A stretch of 61,790 nt of DNA, counting the filler, from Diploschistes diacapsis (lineage: Eukaryota): NCBI GenBank assembly GCA_023645945.1. It is 7 parts of 7 records of this genome, joined end to end, with 100 filler letters (N's around TTAATTAATTAA, not from the genome) between each part and the next. Parts side by side here need not be neighbours in the genome. Positions count along the whole stretch, not along the records: positions 50,677 to 56,187 come from JALAIB010001536.1; positions 56,288 to 61,790 come from JALAIB010001537.1; 5 more parts are not named here. The stretch is one strand, 5' to 3'. The first letter of the stretch is position 1; each line of letters starts with the position of its first letter. The translations under genes and the position numbers were made by a program. The notes beneath the pieces were generated by a model. It was given only the letters and a program-made list of their open reading frames with translations, did no database searches and was not told the DNA's origin. Of the stretch, positions 50,677-61,790 are shown in pieces.

Positions 50677-51978
50677 AACACAAACTCGCTCATCACCTTC
50701 CCCGTCCCCGGCCCATTCTGGATCCCCCAACACGTATGCCCGGCCGCCAACCACAACCCTGCCGTCCGCGTCGGCCCGACAAGCGGCCCGCTCGCCGCGC
50801 CCTGCACATTCGGCAGATAGCACGCCTGCCTCACCAGCACCTCCCCGTCCCTCAGCTCGTCCGAGATGCTGGAAACATGGTCGATGATATCCTGGCACCG
50901 CTGCAGGTCCGTCTCCACGTCTTCCGACGTTTTCGGCAGCGGCACCAGCGTGTCGCCCTCGCCGCATGCATACGCCTCGTCGTTGGGCCGCGCGTAGATC
51001 TCGGGCGTGACGTGCTTCCGATTCTGCTTCTGCGTGCGGTCGGAGGTCGACGGAACGGGCAGCGCGATGTCCGTGAACACGGCGAAGGCGGAGATGGGTT
51101 TTGCGGGGCGGATGGTTACGCTGTGGGCGCGCAGGCCGGAGATCGGAGCCGACGGCAGGAGATTCTGGGTCCAGGGCCCGGCGGCGAGGACGATGTCGGT
51201 TGCGGCGAGCGTGGTCGGCTGGGAGGTGGAGGGGTCGATGTAGGTGACCGATTCGACGGCGGAGTTGGAAGGGGAGGAGGAGTAGTTGATGGAGGAGACG
51301 GGCGCGCGGGTGAGGATCCTGGCGCCCTTTTCGGCGGCGAGCGAGGCCATGGACGTGGTGAAGTGGTAGGGGTGCACTTGCGCCGTCGTGGACGGGTCGC
51401 CCATTTCGCTGTAGTCGAGTGCGCAGTCGGCGGAGATCCAGTCGAGGTCGGCGGGGATGCCGGCGGCGCGGAGACGGCCGAGGGCCTCGGGGGTGCGCTT
51501 TTGGAGGGAGACGGCTTGGCTGTTTTTGGTGCCGTTGGGGGTGGGTTTGGAGTTGTTGGCGTTAAGAGAGCGGCCTTTGGCGCTGAGTTGCCCGCAGTGT
51601 ACGCGCCGGTAGCCCCATCGGTTGGCGCCGTCGTGCTCAGCGGCCAGCTCGGCGTGCAGGCGGTAACTCAGGGGGACGATGTTGCTGGGGTAGGCTGTGT
51701 TGCGTCAGTTCTTTCGATTGGAGGATCGTAGGCTTGGAACAAGGGGTACCCCACAGTGCCAGGAGGCCTCCTGCCTTTCCTGATGCGCCACCCGCTATCA
51801 TCGAAGCTTCAAGCAAGGTAATGCTGTGCTTGGATGGATCATACGATGAGTGTCGGGTTAGGAAGTATGCTGTCATGCACCCTATTATTCCCCCGCCTGA
51901 AGGCTGTTAGCATGCCATAAGAAGAACCTCGAGTAGCAAACCTATTATAACGATGTCCTTCTTTCCCGATTCGGCCAT
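50677..51978 (-). CDS. DAO-family FAD-dependent oxidoreductase (Tda3-like), 3' truncated, 2 introns
   Basis: DIVIIGGGIIG, AGGASGKAGGLLA, TTAQVHP, PEIYARP, QACYLP and GHTCWGIQNGPGTG. Confidence 0.9.
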
Positions 51979-52383
51979 GTTGAGTAAGGGACTATGGCGA
52001 TGAACAACCCTGGTGGACAATGCGAGCATAGACTACTCCAAGTGGAAGAGAAACGGATGTGAGGGATGATATGAGAGAGCCACGAACAATAGCAGGGTTC
52101 CTCAATCTTCGAGAAGAGTTCCAGCACATACCAGGAATGGTGGCAAATGGGTCCCCCTTTAATCGGCTCGGCATCTGGAGGGGCAATCGATCCCGCTTCC
52201 TGATAAGATTAGGGCAGTTTTGCCCCAGACACATCGTTTCGTACCATCTTGTACCTACAGAATCTCACCGAACCAGATGAGGAGCATTTGCTGCATTGAA
52301 CACTTTGGCTTTGAATACTAGTTGTCATTGGCGGCGCCCTTGGGAGGAGGTGCAAACCGCTTGACACCCACCTGGCTCTCAAC

Positions 52384-54937
52384 ATGGCTCAGGGAGGGAG
52401 GGGTTTCCAGGAGGTGGATATTGCCATATGCTCGGCGCAGTGCAGCAAATCGAGAGTGAGTGTATATTAAAGTGTGAGTAGAAGCTGCTGACTGAAAGTG
52501 CAGTACCCCCCGTGAGCACCCGACGAACAACGGTATTGGACGTCTAACTGATATTGTAGGGAGCTGCGCCCTCGGATCATGGATGGGAGGAATAATCTGG
52601 TACTTTCTTCCGTGCTTCTCCGTCATATCAAGCCAACGGTCTTGTGCCCAGACAGCTCTTTCACACGTTAGAAATCTTTACTTCCTTGCATCAAGCGCAT
52701 CAATTCATGTACACCTCCCAAGTTTTCCAAGTCAGCGTTTGGGTGACCGAGTTCTGAAATGGCGGCTCCCAGAAAGCCAGTCAGGACTACGCGGCTACAT
52801 TAATTGGCATCAGCCCCATGCGGTGAATTCAATGCTCATAGGTAAACTCGGTCATCAGGAAGTGCTACTCTGCGCCTGCGATGATGGTGACGTGGTGGCT
52901 TATTATACCTCCGTGATCCAAGCAGCGGTCGACGGCCTCGAGACTGGGCTCAATGAAGAGGAAGCAGTCAAGCGATACATGAGACCTCTTTTGCTTAGGA
53001 ATATTGGTAAGAGTGCATGGGGACTGGCAATACACAGCAATGCACGCTTAATAGCTGCCAGCTGCAACACGCATGACATCACTGTATTTTCTTTCGCTTT
53101 GACGAACAACCATGTTCTTCGCGGCGAGTCGCCTAATTTAACTGATGCTAGCAGCACGGCTGTCAACTACCGGCGCCGTGATACTGAGTTCACCCTCAAC
53201 GGCCATGGCTTCAACATTCCGAATATTTCCTTTCTCAATGCAGATTCGGACAAGGAAGGCAGGTACCTAGTCAGCACGGATTTGACAGGGCTCGTGCTCA
53301 TCTGGGATCTGCGGGAGCGTCGAGGCGTCAAGCGCATCGATCTTGCTGGCGGCCACCATTCCCTCTACTCGAAAACTGGATGGAGCATCATCTGTGTCGA
53401 TCTGCAGTCTGCTCGTCAAGTAAGCTCTGTCCCGGAACTACTTGGATGCATGTCGCAACACCAAGTGGGTGGCTCGGTGGATATTTCAACTAGTCGAATG
53501 TTTCTGGGTGACTCCGCACTCTCCTCACCACTGAATCGTAGCCGTCAGCATAGGGACGAGGAGGTCTCTAATGATCCCCGAGTTCAACGGATACACGAAG
53601 CCATCAATTCATCAGACACACCTGATCATGCCATCATGGAAGAGGTTGAAGATCTGCTCGATGAGGATGACGGCGGCTTCTCCGATGAAGCCGAGGGGAT
53701 GGAGTACGACACGGAAGGAGATGAGGTGGATTATGAAGCTACGGATGATGAAATGAGCTTCGGTTACGAGATCAGGCAAGCTGTGAACGAGCCTTTGGGT
53801 ACAGGTTTTGAACCTGGAAACGCCGCGAGTGCCCAATTTTCGCCTTTCATACAACGTCTATTGCAATGGAGGGAATCAGGTGCTGGCTCGACAGGAAGGC
53901 AAATTACACCTCTCCAAACCGAAGGCCATGAGCGGATGCCGACTCGACGGAGAGCTAATTCTTTGCTCGAGGGAGCTCCTGACCAACCGGCTCCAGAGCC
54001 TTACGGAGTCAGCGCTGCTGGCCAAAACACCCTGGGGCTCTCCGATGCCCCCCACCGTGGCGAGATACGCGCCGCTGATTTTCTCGGTCCCGCACCTGCT
54101 GAGGACATCCCCCCCGAGAGCGTCCCTGACGAAGGATTTCGCCGTGCAGCGGAGCACCCCGAGCTGCGTAGCATCACCCAGTCTATGAGGACTAGGCAGT
54201 CACAGGAGGAGCCTTCAAGTCTGCGTACCCTTATTGAGACTGTTGAGAATAGGCTGTCTCAGCGCCATTACAGCCGTCGATCGGTTCAACAGCAAGTGGG
54301 AGCCGGAACCGTTCCAAGAAACGAAGAAGCACCCTTCGATCTCCCTTTCGCTATTTTTCACACAGGCATGGACTTCGCTAATCTCTACCGTCCTCCCTTT
54401 GATAAACCATCCATCGTGACATGCCGTGATCCGTGCCACCAACATCTCCCCTCCTCTTTCGCCTGGCTCAATGACTTTGACAGGCTACACCTCACGCATT
54501 ACGTCCCCGACCTCGGCATCATCGTCACCGCCACAGCCGCAGGGCGCGCAGCCATCTTCTCTCTAACTCGGAAGAGCGTCGGCCTGGGTTCTCATCACGA
54601 GAACTCCGGTAGGAGCAGGTACATGCGCAAAGAAGAATTGGCCATGCGGCTCGACTGGGTCGTACCCTTTGCGTCTCAGGAGGCAAGGGATGAAAGGCCG
54701 CAGTGCGTGCTTATCGGCATCGCTACTGCTCCGCTGCAGGGTCTCGACCAGCCGCGGCAGAACGGCGAGGACGTTGGTGGCGGACTCGTCGTCACCAAGC
54801 CCAAAGCACGGTGGCGGCTGCTGTTGACGTACGAGGATGGAACTGTGCTCAGCTATGAGCTCTGGCGCGAGGGGAGGCGCAGGGGTGCTGGGAACCCTTT
54901 GGAGCCCTTTGGAGTGTACCTTGCTGCTTCAGCGTGA
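52384..54937 (+). CDS. CRT10: CRT10-like WD-repeat protein, 3 introns with an 8-nt microexon
   Basis: Spliced protein reads MAQGG...KSR|YPP|ELRPRIMDGRNNL|TALSHVRNLYFL, followed by PHAVN, EVLLCACDDGDV, SAWGLAIH and HGFNIPNISF. Introns 52456-52503, 52512-52559 and 52600-52651. Confidence 0.82.
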
Positions 54938-56571
54938 TGGCCTATGGTACATGCATCATGCGCGGAGTTGTGGATTTGGCCTGCCTGGGTTGGTGGATGA
55001 GGCATAGCTGGGGTGCTGGACTTTGCGATTTGATTGCTGGCTACATACGGTACAGAAATGGGGGCATATGGTAGCTTTCTGGGCTTGTGGATGTGGATGG
55101 CTTTTCGAGATACCCCCCTTGCTTGGACCGGAGCTTCTACGTGGTATGCAGGCATGGTATACAGTCCGGTAGCATGGGCAATTTATTGACATATTGTGGG
55201 TATGAATGAGTTTCGCATTAGTTATCACATAAGAGCTTCGGGAGTCCTCCTTAAGGCCATAATTTAATCGAGGAACCCTCTGGCTGTTCTACCATTGCCA
55301 AGGGAAAAGCGGGAGGGATAAATTTTCCCGACCTAATTTTCGCTTTAACAGAAACAGAAACGAAAGGAGATGCTCCAACTCTGGCAAGTCCCGCTTTGAT
55401 CAATAGTTGGTTGCCAGATACTCAAAAATACTTCAGAACACTCTCCCATAGCACATCAAGAAGCCCACCAACAACCATATATAACTGATGCGCTAAACTT
55501 TATATTGAGCTTGTGCCAGCGCGCCTCTGCATGTCTTCCGCGCCATCAAGCTCCTCTCGCCAGATTCCGTAGGCTGAAGATTGCGGAAGTCTCCGAAGGC
55601 GATCGTGCTTCTTGCCGCGTAAATTTGAGGGCTGGATGTATGAGAGATCTACTTTCTCGTGGCGCCTACTTGGCTCTTTCACGGCCAGATTTTATCTTAT
55701 CTCGGCCCTGGTAGCAACGGTGGTGGGGCAGTTCTTATAGGGGGAGGTAAAGTATGTGTTGTTTGAGTAGCCCAGTGGTGAGATCCATTCTGCGAGTGGT
55801 GAGTTGTGTCGGATGATCTTTGAAAGCTGTAATGCACGAGGATTTGTTCTGAGATACAAGTCGCTATGGTGTAGGTGGCGCGGCGAATAAAGCAGGAATC
55901 GGGCTGATTATCCCAATTGCATCTAGAAGATCAGAGCGGGATAAAGCGTTCGCTTTGCATCCCCACTTATCGCAATATCATGCCCCAACTCCCCAATCTA
56001 TGACCTTATCTTTCGCATGCCTTCACCGTCTGTCTTCTCTGTACCGCTCGTCTTCCCCTTCCCTTCCTCATGCTCCTCCTTCGCCATCTCAATCGCGACC
56101 CTCTTCTCTTCCGCCTTCTTCTCTTCACCTGTCTTCTCCTCCCCCTCTCCCTTCCCCTCTCCCTTTCCCTTGCCGTCCGCCCCACTCNNNNNNNNNNNNN
56201 NNNNNNNNNNNNNNNNNNNNNNNNNNNNNNNTTAATTAATTAANNNNNNNNNNNNNNNNNNNNNNNNNNNNNNNNNNNNNNNNNNNNGGCAGGGGGCTGG
56301 GGGGCCCTGGTCGGGCGTTGGGCCGTATATAGTGTGCATGGATGGAGCGTGGTTGAGTATTACAAGTTTAGAAAGCTCATGCCATTATTCATAGAGATGT
56401 GTATCTCATCCCGGTCCTGTGAAGGGCAACTGGGGTATAAAGTACAAGCTGTCTGTGGATACCGAATCCCAGAGTCCAAGCCCTCTATTTCTATGCGTCT
56501 TCATTGGAGAAAGAGCGTCATGACTCGTAGATTAACTCAATGTCGAGCCCGTGAAACTTCATCAGTGGGCC

Positions 56572-58124
56572 TTACTTCGCATCTCCACTTACCCCGGTCT
56601 CCCCCCTGCACTTATTCTCCGCCTTGACCACGCTCAACGGGAGCCGGCTCCCCGCACCAAAGAACACGAAGGGTATCCACTTCCACCTGAAAGGGTTGAC
56701 CGCGCAGACGAAGACGAACCAGTACACCAGCTCGCTATACGTGAAGAAGTCAAAGGCACCGCTTGGACTCTTGTCCTTAACCCACCTCGTCATGTCGATC
56801 CACCGCTTCGCCCACCACGGCCTCGGCCTCGCGAGCGGATCCACCAGGAAAGCGAGCAGAAGGCGCGTGTAAATGCCGATGTGCCACGAGCCAACGGTGC
56901 CGATGGCACTGGTGTAAGTACAGTTGTTCGCGCAGATGGAGGGCTCGTCGGGCGGGAAGACCTGGAGGTACCAAGACGGAGGCTGGTAGGGCGGCTGGAA
57001 GACGGACTCGGGTAGGAAGTCAAGGCTCGGGCGGTGGTAGCCTGTGGCCATGATGATCATGTCGGCAGGTACTTCGACGCGACGGCCTGGTCCACCCTTC
57101 GGCGTGCCGCGAGAGCGCAAGTTGAAAAGCACGCCATTTTCGGTTACTCGAATGATGTCGCCGCGCAGCCACTCCGCTTTGCCTTCACGGACAAGATTCA
57201 CAACATCGGTGTTCACCATGGGCGTGTCCGTGAACAAGCCTTTGGAGGTGGGGGGAGCGAGATCCTCGAGGTCGCGGTAGAAAAACCGCCGAAGTAGCTT
57301 TTCGGGGATCCAAGAAAAGACGGTCTCTTCCCCGAAGATGTTCAGAGAAAGAATCACGTCGACTATGGCGTTTCGCGGGATGATCCACTTGTCGGACCGC
57401 GCTAGGATAGAGCTCTTTTTTGCGTGCGTGTGCACGACGAATTCGAGGCCCTCAACTGCGCTCGCGCCGCCACCAATGATGACAACATTCTTGTCCTTGG
57501 CAGTCTTGCCGTCGAGCATAGAGGAATGGTGGATCTCTCCTTTGAAGATCTCTTGGCCATCTAGGTGTGGCATCTTAGGGTCGCCACAGGTGCCGACACA
57601 AGGCATGACGCCATCAAAGCGACCAAGGGAGGGGTCATCGTTGATAATCCAGCGGCCGCTGCTATTCTTGCGCACGCTCTTGACTGGGGTTCGGAAGTGA
57701 GTCTTGCTTTCCAATCCGTAGCGATGCCATAGTGCAGTAATCTGTGAGACGATTTGCTTGCGATTTGGGTAGCCGCCAGAGAATTTAACAGAAGGGTGAA
57801 ACCGGTACATGATCGAGTGAATCTGGAGACCGCTGGTGTTATTAACTCTCTTAATGCATCGTTAGCGCGGTTCAATGGATAGCACGAGCTTCTTACGCTC
57901 CAGATGCCTCCAAGCTTGTCACGACCATTGGCTTCGAACAATTGGACGTCGAATCCATGGCCGATTATGTGAGAGGCAGCAGAAACACCAGTGAGGCCAG
58001 CTCCAACGACGGCGATCTTGGGTCTAGACAACGAAGCATTTGGAGAAGGGGGATCTGGCGAAAACAGGTGATCAAGGAACCATTGAACCAGCACATAAGC
58101 CCAAACAAGAGGATTAAGCTCCAT
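56572..58124 (-). CDS. Flavin-containing monooxygenase-like protein, 1 intron (~57851-57897)
   Basis: VVGAGLTG FAD motif, LGGIWS|RVNNTSGLQ, FKGEIHHS, IIGGGASA and MATGY. Confidence 0.9.
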
Positions 58125-58574
58125 GTTAAGGACTCAGTAATGGGGAAGGAAAGACGACGGGGGAATAGAGAGAGAATAGAGGACATAAAAAAAGTTCGAG
58201 GTTGACTGATGACGAAAGTGGAAGCCAAAGGTTTGCATGTGAAATACAAGGGGGCATAGAACAACACACGGATGTTCATTACGACACATTTCCCGCAATT
58301 GCTTTGCACGGTGTTATCAAGAAGCAATTCAGTTCTACAAATGTCTCCACAATACAATGCGCATCAAAATGAGGTCGAGGTAGCCAAGGTATTCAGATGC
58401 CCTCAGGATTGAGCTATGCCTATCTGATCCTTATTTCTGTAGTAAAAGTAAGAGACTGAGAAAACTCCTTCTTAACCACCGACGCATGTCCCGGTCATCC
58501 TGCACGCACAAATTTCAGATGCGGATGCGGGAGCTCTGAAATAGGTACAGTGCTTTGCTCCCAGTGGCAGTAAG

Positions 58575-59686
58575 CTACCAAATGGTATAGGAAACAAGCC
58601 ACAACAGCCCTGCAGCATGGATAGCAGTAGCCCAACGAGCTAGCTTGAAGGCGCCTGCATCATTAGCCGCTGAACTTACTACAGCGCTGCCGGAAGCTGT
58701 AGGGCTAGATGTAGCCGTTGTTGTAGCATGTGTAGAAGTCATACCTACTATGGTCGAAGCGGTCTTGAACTGAACTGAAGCTATGGTGGTTTCCGCGGTC
58801 ATCATCCAAGTCACCGTGCCAGAGGTCATTACGGTACCAGAGCTCATGTCCATACCAGTGGTTATGGGCATATCTGGAGGCATTGGCATACCAGAAGTCA
58901 TTGCCACACCGGCTGGAGGGGCAGCTGCAGATGAAGTCGTTTGCCCCCCAACTACATAGGCGGTGAGCGTGCTTGCATGGGGCGTATAGTGAGCATCATC
59001 AGTAGTCCCTTCGATGGCCGTACTGGGGTATGTCAAAGCTCCTTCCAAAGCCGTCATGGCGATCGCGGACCCGATACCTTTGGAGGTGTAAGGTGTAGGA
59101 ATCGGGAGGCTCGCGGTGTTCGGAGGCGCAGAAGCACCATAGATGTTGCCAGAGGCGGAGCCGGAGGTGTAGCTGCCATTCAAGAAATTTGCAACAGCGC
59201 CATCTGAAGCCCGGTAGTTACCGTTGTAAAGCGTGCCGTATGAGCCGTCGAGCAGCATGAAATTGGTCGTGAAGTTATCCTTCAGCCCCATTGTCAGTCA
59301 TAAATGCACAGTGAGGGGAGAAGTATCCTACATAACAGAACGGTATGTCAAAGCCCTGAAGATTGAGACAAACGGTACCTTGAGCACCTGCGGCAGTCGT
59401 CAGTAGCATATGAAAGGTTTCCAGCAGATAACATACAGCAGATTGGTTTGCCGTTGTGAGGAGGTCCTTTGTCTTTGGGTGGGTCATTGTTTGCAGTTGG
59501 ATCTTTCCTCACAGAAGCAAGAAGGTCCTGGTACATGCAAGCGAGAGATGGCCCAGTAGCCGGGACTGTTGTCCCTGTTGCTGCGACCAGCTCACAAGCT
59601 GTGAAGCTAGGAACGCACGCCTCGCCAGTCATGGCAACAGCGCTTGTTTCGAGTATGAAGGAGACTGAGATCCAACGAGAAAGCAT
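58575..59686 (-). CDS. Putative secreted GPI-anchored Cys-domain + Ser/Thr-rich cell-surface protein, 2 introns
   Basis: Signal-like N-terminus, a Cys-containing domain (ICC|AQGTVCL...PFCY|DNFTTNF), an S/T-rich stalk and a hydrophobic C-terminal tail. Confidence 0.72.
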
Positions 59687-60359
59687 TTTGTTGGATGTAG
59701 ATATCGTTGGTAAGAGCAATTGGACGGGTCCAGATCAGAGATCTTTCAAGAAACAAGATATATTTCATTTCGAAACAAACAAATGAGACCATACTCACGC
59801 GCATGAAAGTTAGATTGAGTTCATCTTGAGTGAAATGGAAAACTAAAAGACAAAGCTTTACATGATCACTTCACTTCAACAATCTTAATCGCCTATAGGA
59901 GCACTCTGAGCGACTTTCAAAGGGGAACGAACATCTTCTTCCACAAGACCCAGAGCATCGACAACTAGCCATCGCGTACGATGCGATCAATCCCACAGGT
60001 TATTCAATCCTCTTTCTGGCCTCTCTTCTAGCTTCGTCCCTCGATGGAAGAGGAACTCGCTAAGCTTACTTCCCTTTTTCTGATAGATAGCAAGGTCTCG
60101 TTCTAATTCTAAGGTACGAGGTTGATTATACTTGAGAGAGTTTTCACATGTTCAGCTTCCTAACTTACCAATGATGTCATTCTGCCATTACCGGCAAAAG
60201 CTCTGTTGACGGACAATTATTCTTCAATAAAGCTCTGGTTGACTTGGCTCTGGGTTATCTGACAGTCTCTAAGTAGATATATATAAGAAGGTAATCTATC
60301 CGTCCCTGGCTTTACTATTGGGTTCTCCAGAAAGCGCCAGCTCATGAACCTCGATTGCC

Positions 60360-61175
60360 ATGGAAGATCCACCATCTGAGATTGTACCACTCATTCATTT
60401 GCTCACGCAATCGCCTCCAAGTTTGCAGCAGACGACAATTGACCGATACTTTGCCCCTGATGCTTCCTTTACTCATCCCTTCTGTCGAACAGGTTCGTTC
60501 GCTTGGGATCCTTCGGTCAATCTGGGGCCATTAGGCCTGGCAAGCAAATACACGAATTCGAGGTGGTTGATCAAGTGTATATATCGGTGGTACAAAATCT
60601 TGAGCCCCAAGATCCAGCTTGAAGTTGACAGCGTCGGTAAGTAGCATTCATCGTGATAAAGCAGCTTTTTAACCCGACTGTCTCCGCCCCGAGATCTGCA
60701 TCGGCAATTTTGCTTTCTCCGATAGACCACGCTGACAGGCTTCCTTCATCCAGCATACGACCGTGATGCTTTGACATTATACGTCTCGGTCCACCAGATC
60801 TTCCAGATCTTCATCCTCCCTAGCATACTCGCCGCACACGTTCGCTTTGTTGCGGTCATTCATCTTGCGCCCATGACCGCCCATTCTCCATCATCACATA
60901 CAGAATCGCAACATACAAAGTACATCATACAGTCACAAAACGATCTTTATCAGGTAAACGAGTTTTTCAAATTCTTTAGCCTGCTCAGGGTACTATGGGC
61001 CGGAGTCTGGATATGGCAATTCGCGGCAACAGCAGCATGCGTGGTTGGCCAATGGCTATTCTGGCCGATCAGCTACTGGGAAGAAGGGAGACCCGGGAGA
61101 AATCTGGAATCTCGAAGCCAAATTGAAGCAAGTAACGAAGGGTACAACAAAAGTGAAGTAAACAAGCTAGATTGA
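60360..61175 (+). CDS. Conserved fungal NTF2-like fold hypothetical protein, 1 intron (~60637-60753)
   Basis: MEDPPSEI...YFAPDASFTHPFC, IYRWYKILSP, YIIQSQNDLYQ and a C-terminal hydrophobic helix. Confidence 0.75.
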
Positions 61176-61790
61176 GGAGCGGACCATCTATACAAGCTCC
61201 TGAAGCCGTAGATATTCGAATGTAAAAGTGCTACGTCTTCGCTCGAATCGCAGGCATTAACGAGTACGTAGTTCTTCCCAATGGAACAGAACCAGTTCAT
61301 CGTGAAGTTCAATTCTCGTGAAACAATTCCTGCGCCCAAGTTTCGACACTTTGCTCATGCCGATGACGCCGGATATTGACTTTTGTGCCCGAAATCATTT
61401 TTCTCGCAGGGCAAAAAGCAGCTCACAGTTAATACCAGAAGTACAATAAGCCCCCACGTATCTCTCTCTCTCTTCCTCTCTCGTGTTATTTCCACGAGAA
61501 CAAAAAGCCTATGAGTAGTCCATCCCCCGTAAACCACGCCGCACCCTCCCCCTCCGCCCTCGCGCCACGAACGAACTCCTCTGCCAAAACAACTTCCCTC
61601 GCGCCCTCCGGCCCCTGCAACATGCGGCCTTCTTCGCACGCCGCGCGCGCAAGCTGGCCTGGCCTGGCTCCCACGACACGGGGCGCCGAGGGCGCGGGCT
61701 GGCTGGCGACGATGCACCCGGCCAGCTGCGCGCGCGACGCGGGCGAGGTGCGGCCGAGGGTCGGTGCGCTGTAGCCGGGCGGGGGGGGAT

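Noticed and set aside
56572..61175. FMO + secreted protein + NTF2-like gene as a biosynthetic cluster
   Set aside because: There is no backbone enzyme, regulator or transporter on this 5.5-kb contig.

Overview
This is filamentous-ascomycete (Pezizomycotina-type) nuclear DNA with short GT-AG introns and CTAAC/CTGAC branch points. The window is not one locus. It is seven contigs joined by 100-nt N-TTAATTAATTAA-N linkers, and the last six are 5529, 5527, 5524, 5515, 5511 and 5503 nt long, so they are size-sorted and adjacency across linkers means nothing. Intact genes are RPL19, a Prp2/Cdc28 DEAH helicase, RPL18, a dienelactone hydrolase, a TFIIIC triple-barrel subunit, an NmrA-like reductase, GCN1 (3' truncated), a class I cAMP phosphodiesterase (truncated), MPE1, IDH2, SEC5 (truncated), a DAO-family FAD oxidoreductase (truncated), a CRT10-like gene, an FMO, a GPI-type secreted protein and an NTF2-like protein. 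There are three disrupted genes: a TauD-HAD fusion, a sugar porter and an MCT-type MFS. Mobile DNA includes two TA-flanked ACGT-ended MITEs and two Helitron2/FoHeli-like elements that bracket MPE1. I found no convincing novel multi-gene system. The best leads are recurrent GC islands with a C-rich to G-rich strand-skew flip, an apparently obligatory GA-AG intron, the Helitron-like pair with a nested MITE and its empty site, and the decayed TauD-HAD fusion. All product calls come from motif recognition, not database searches.
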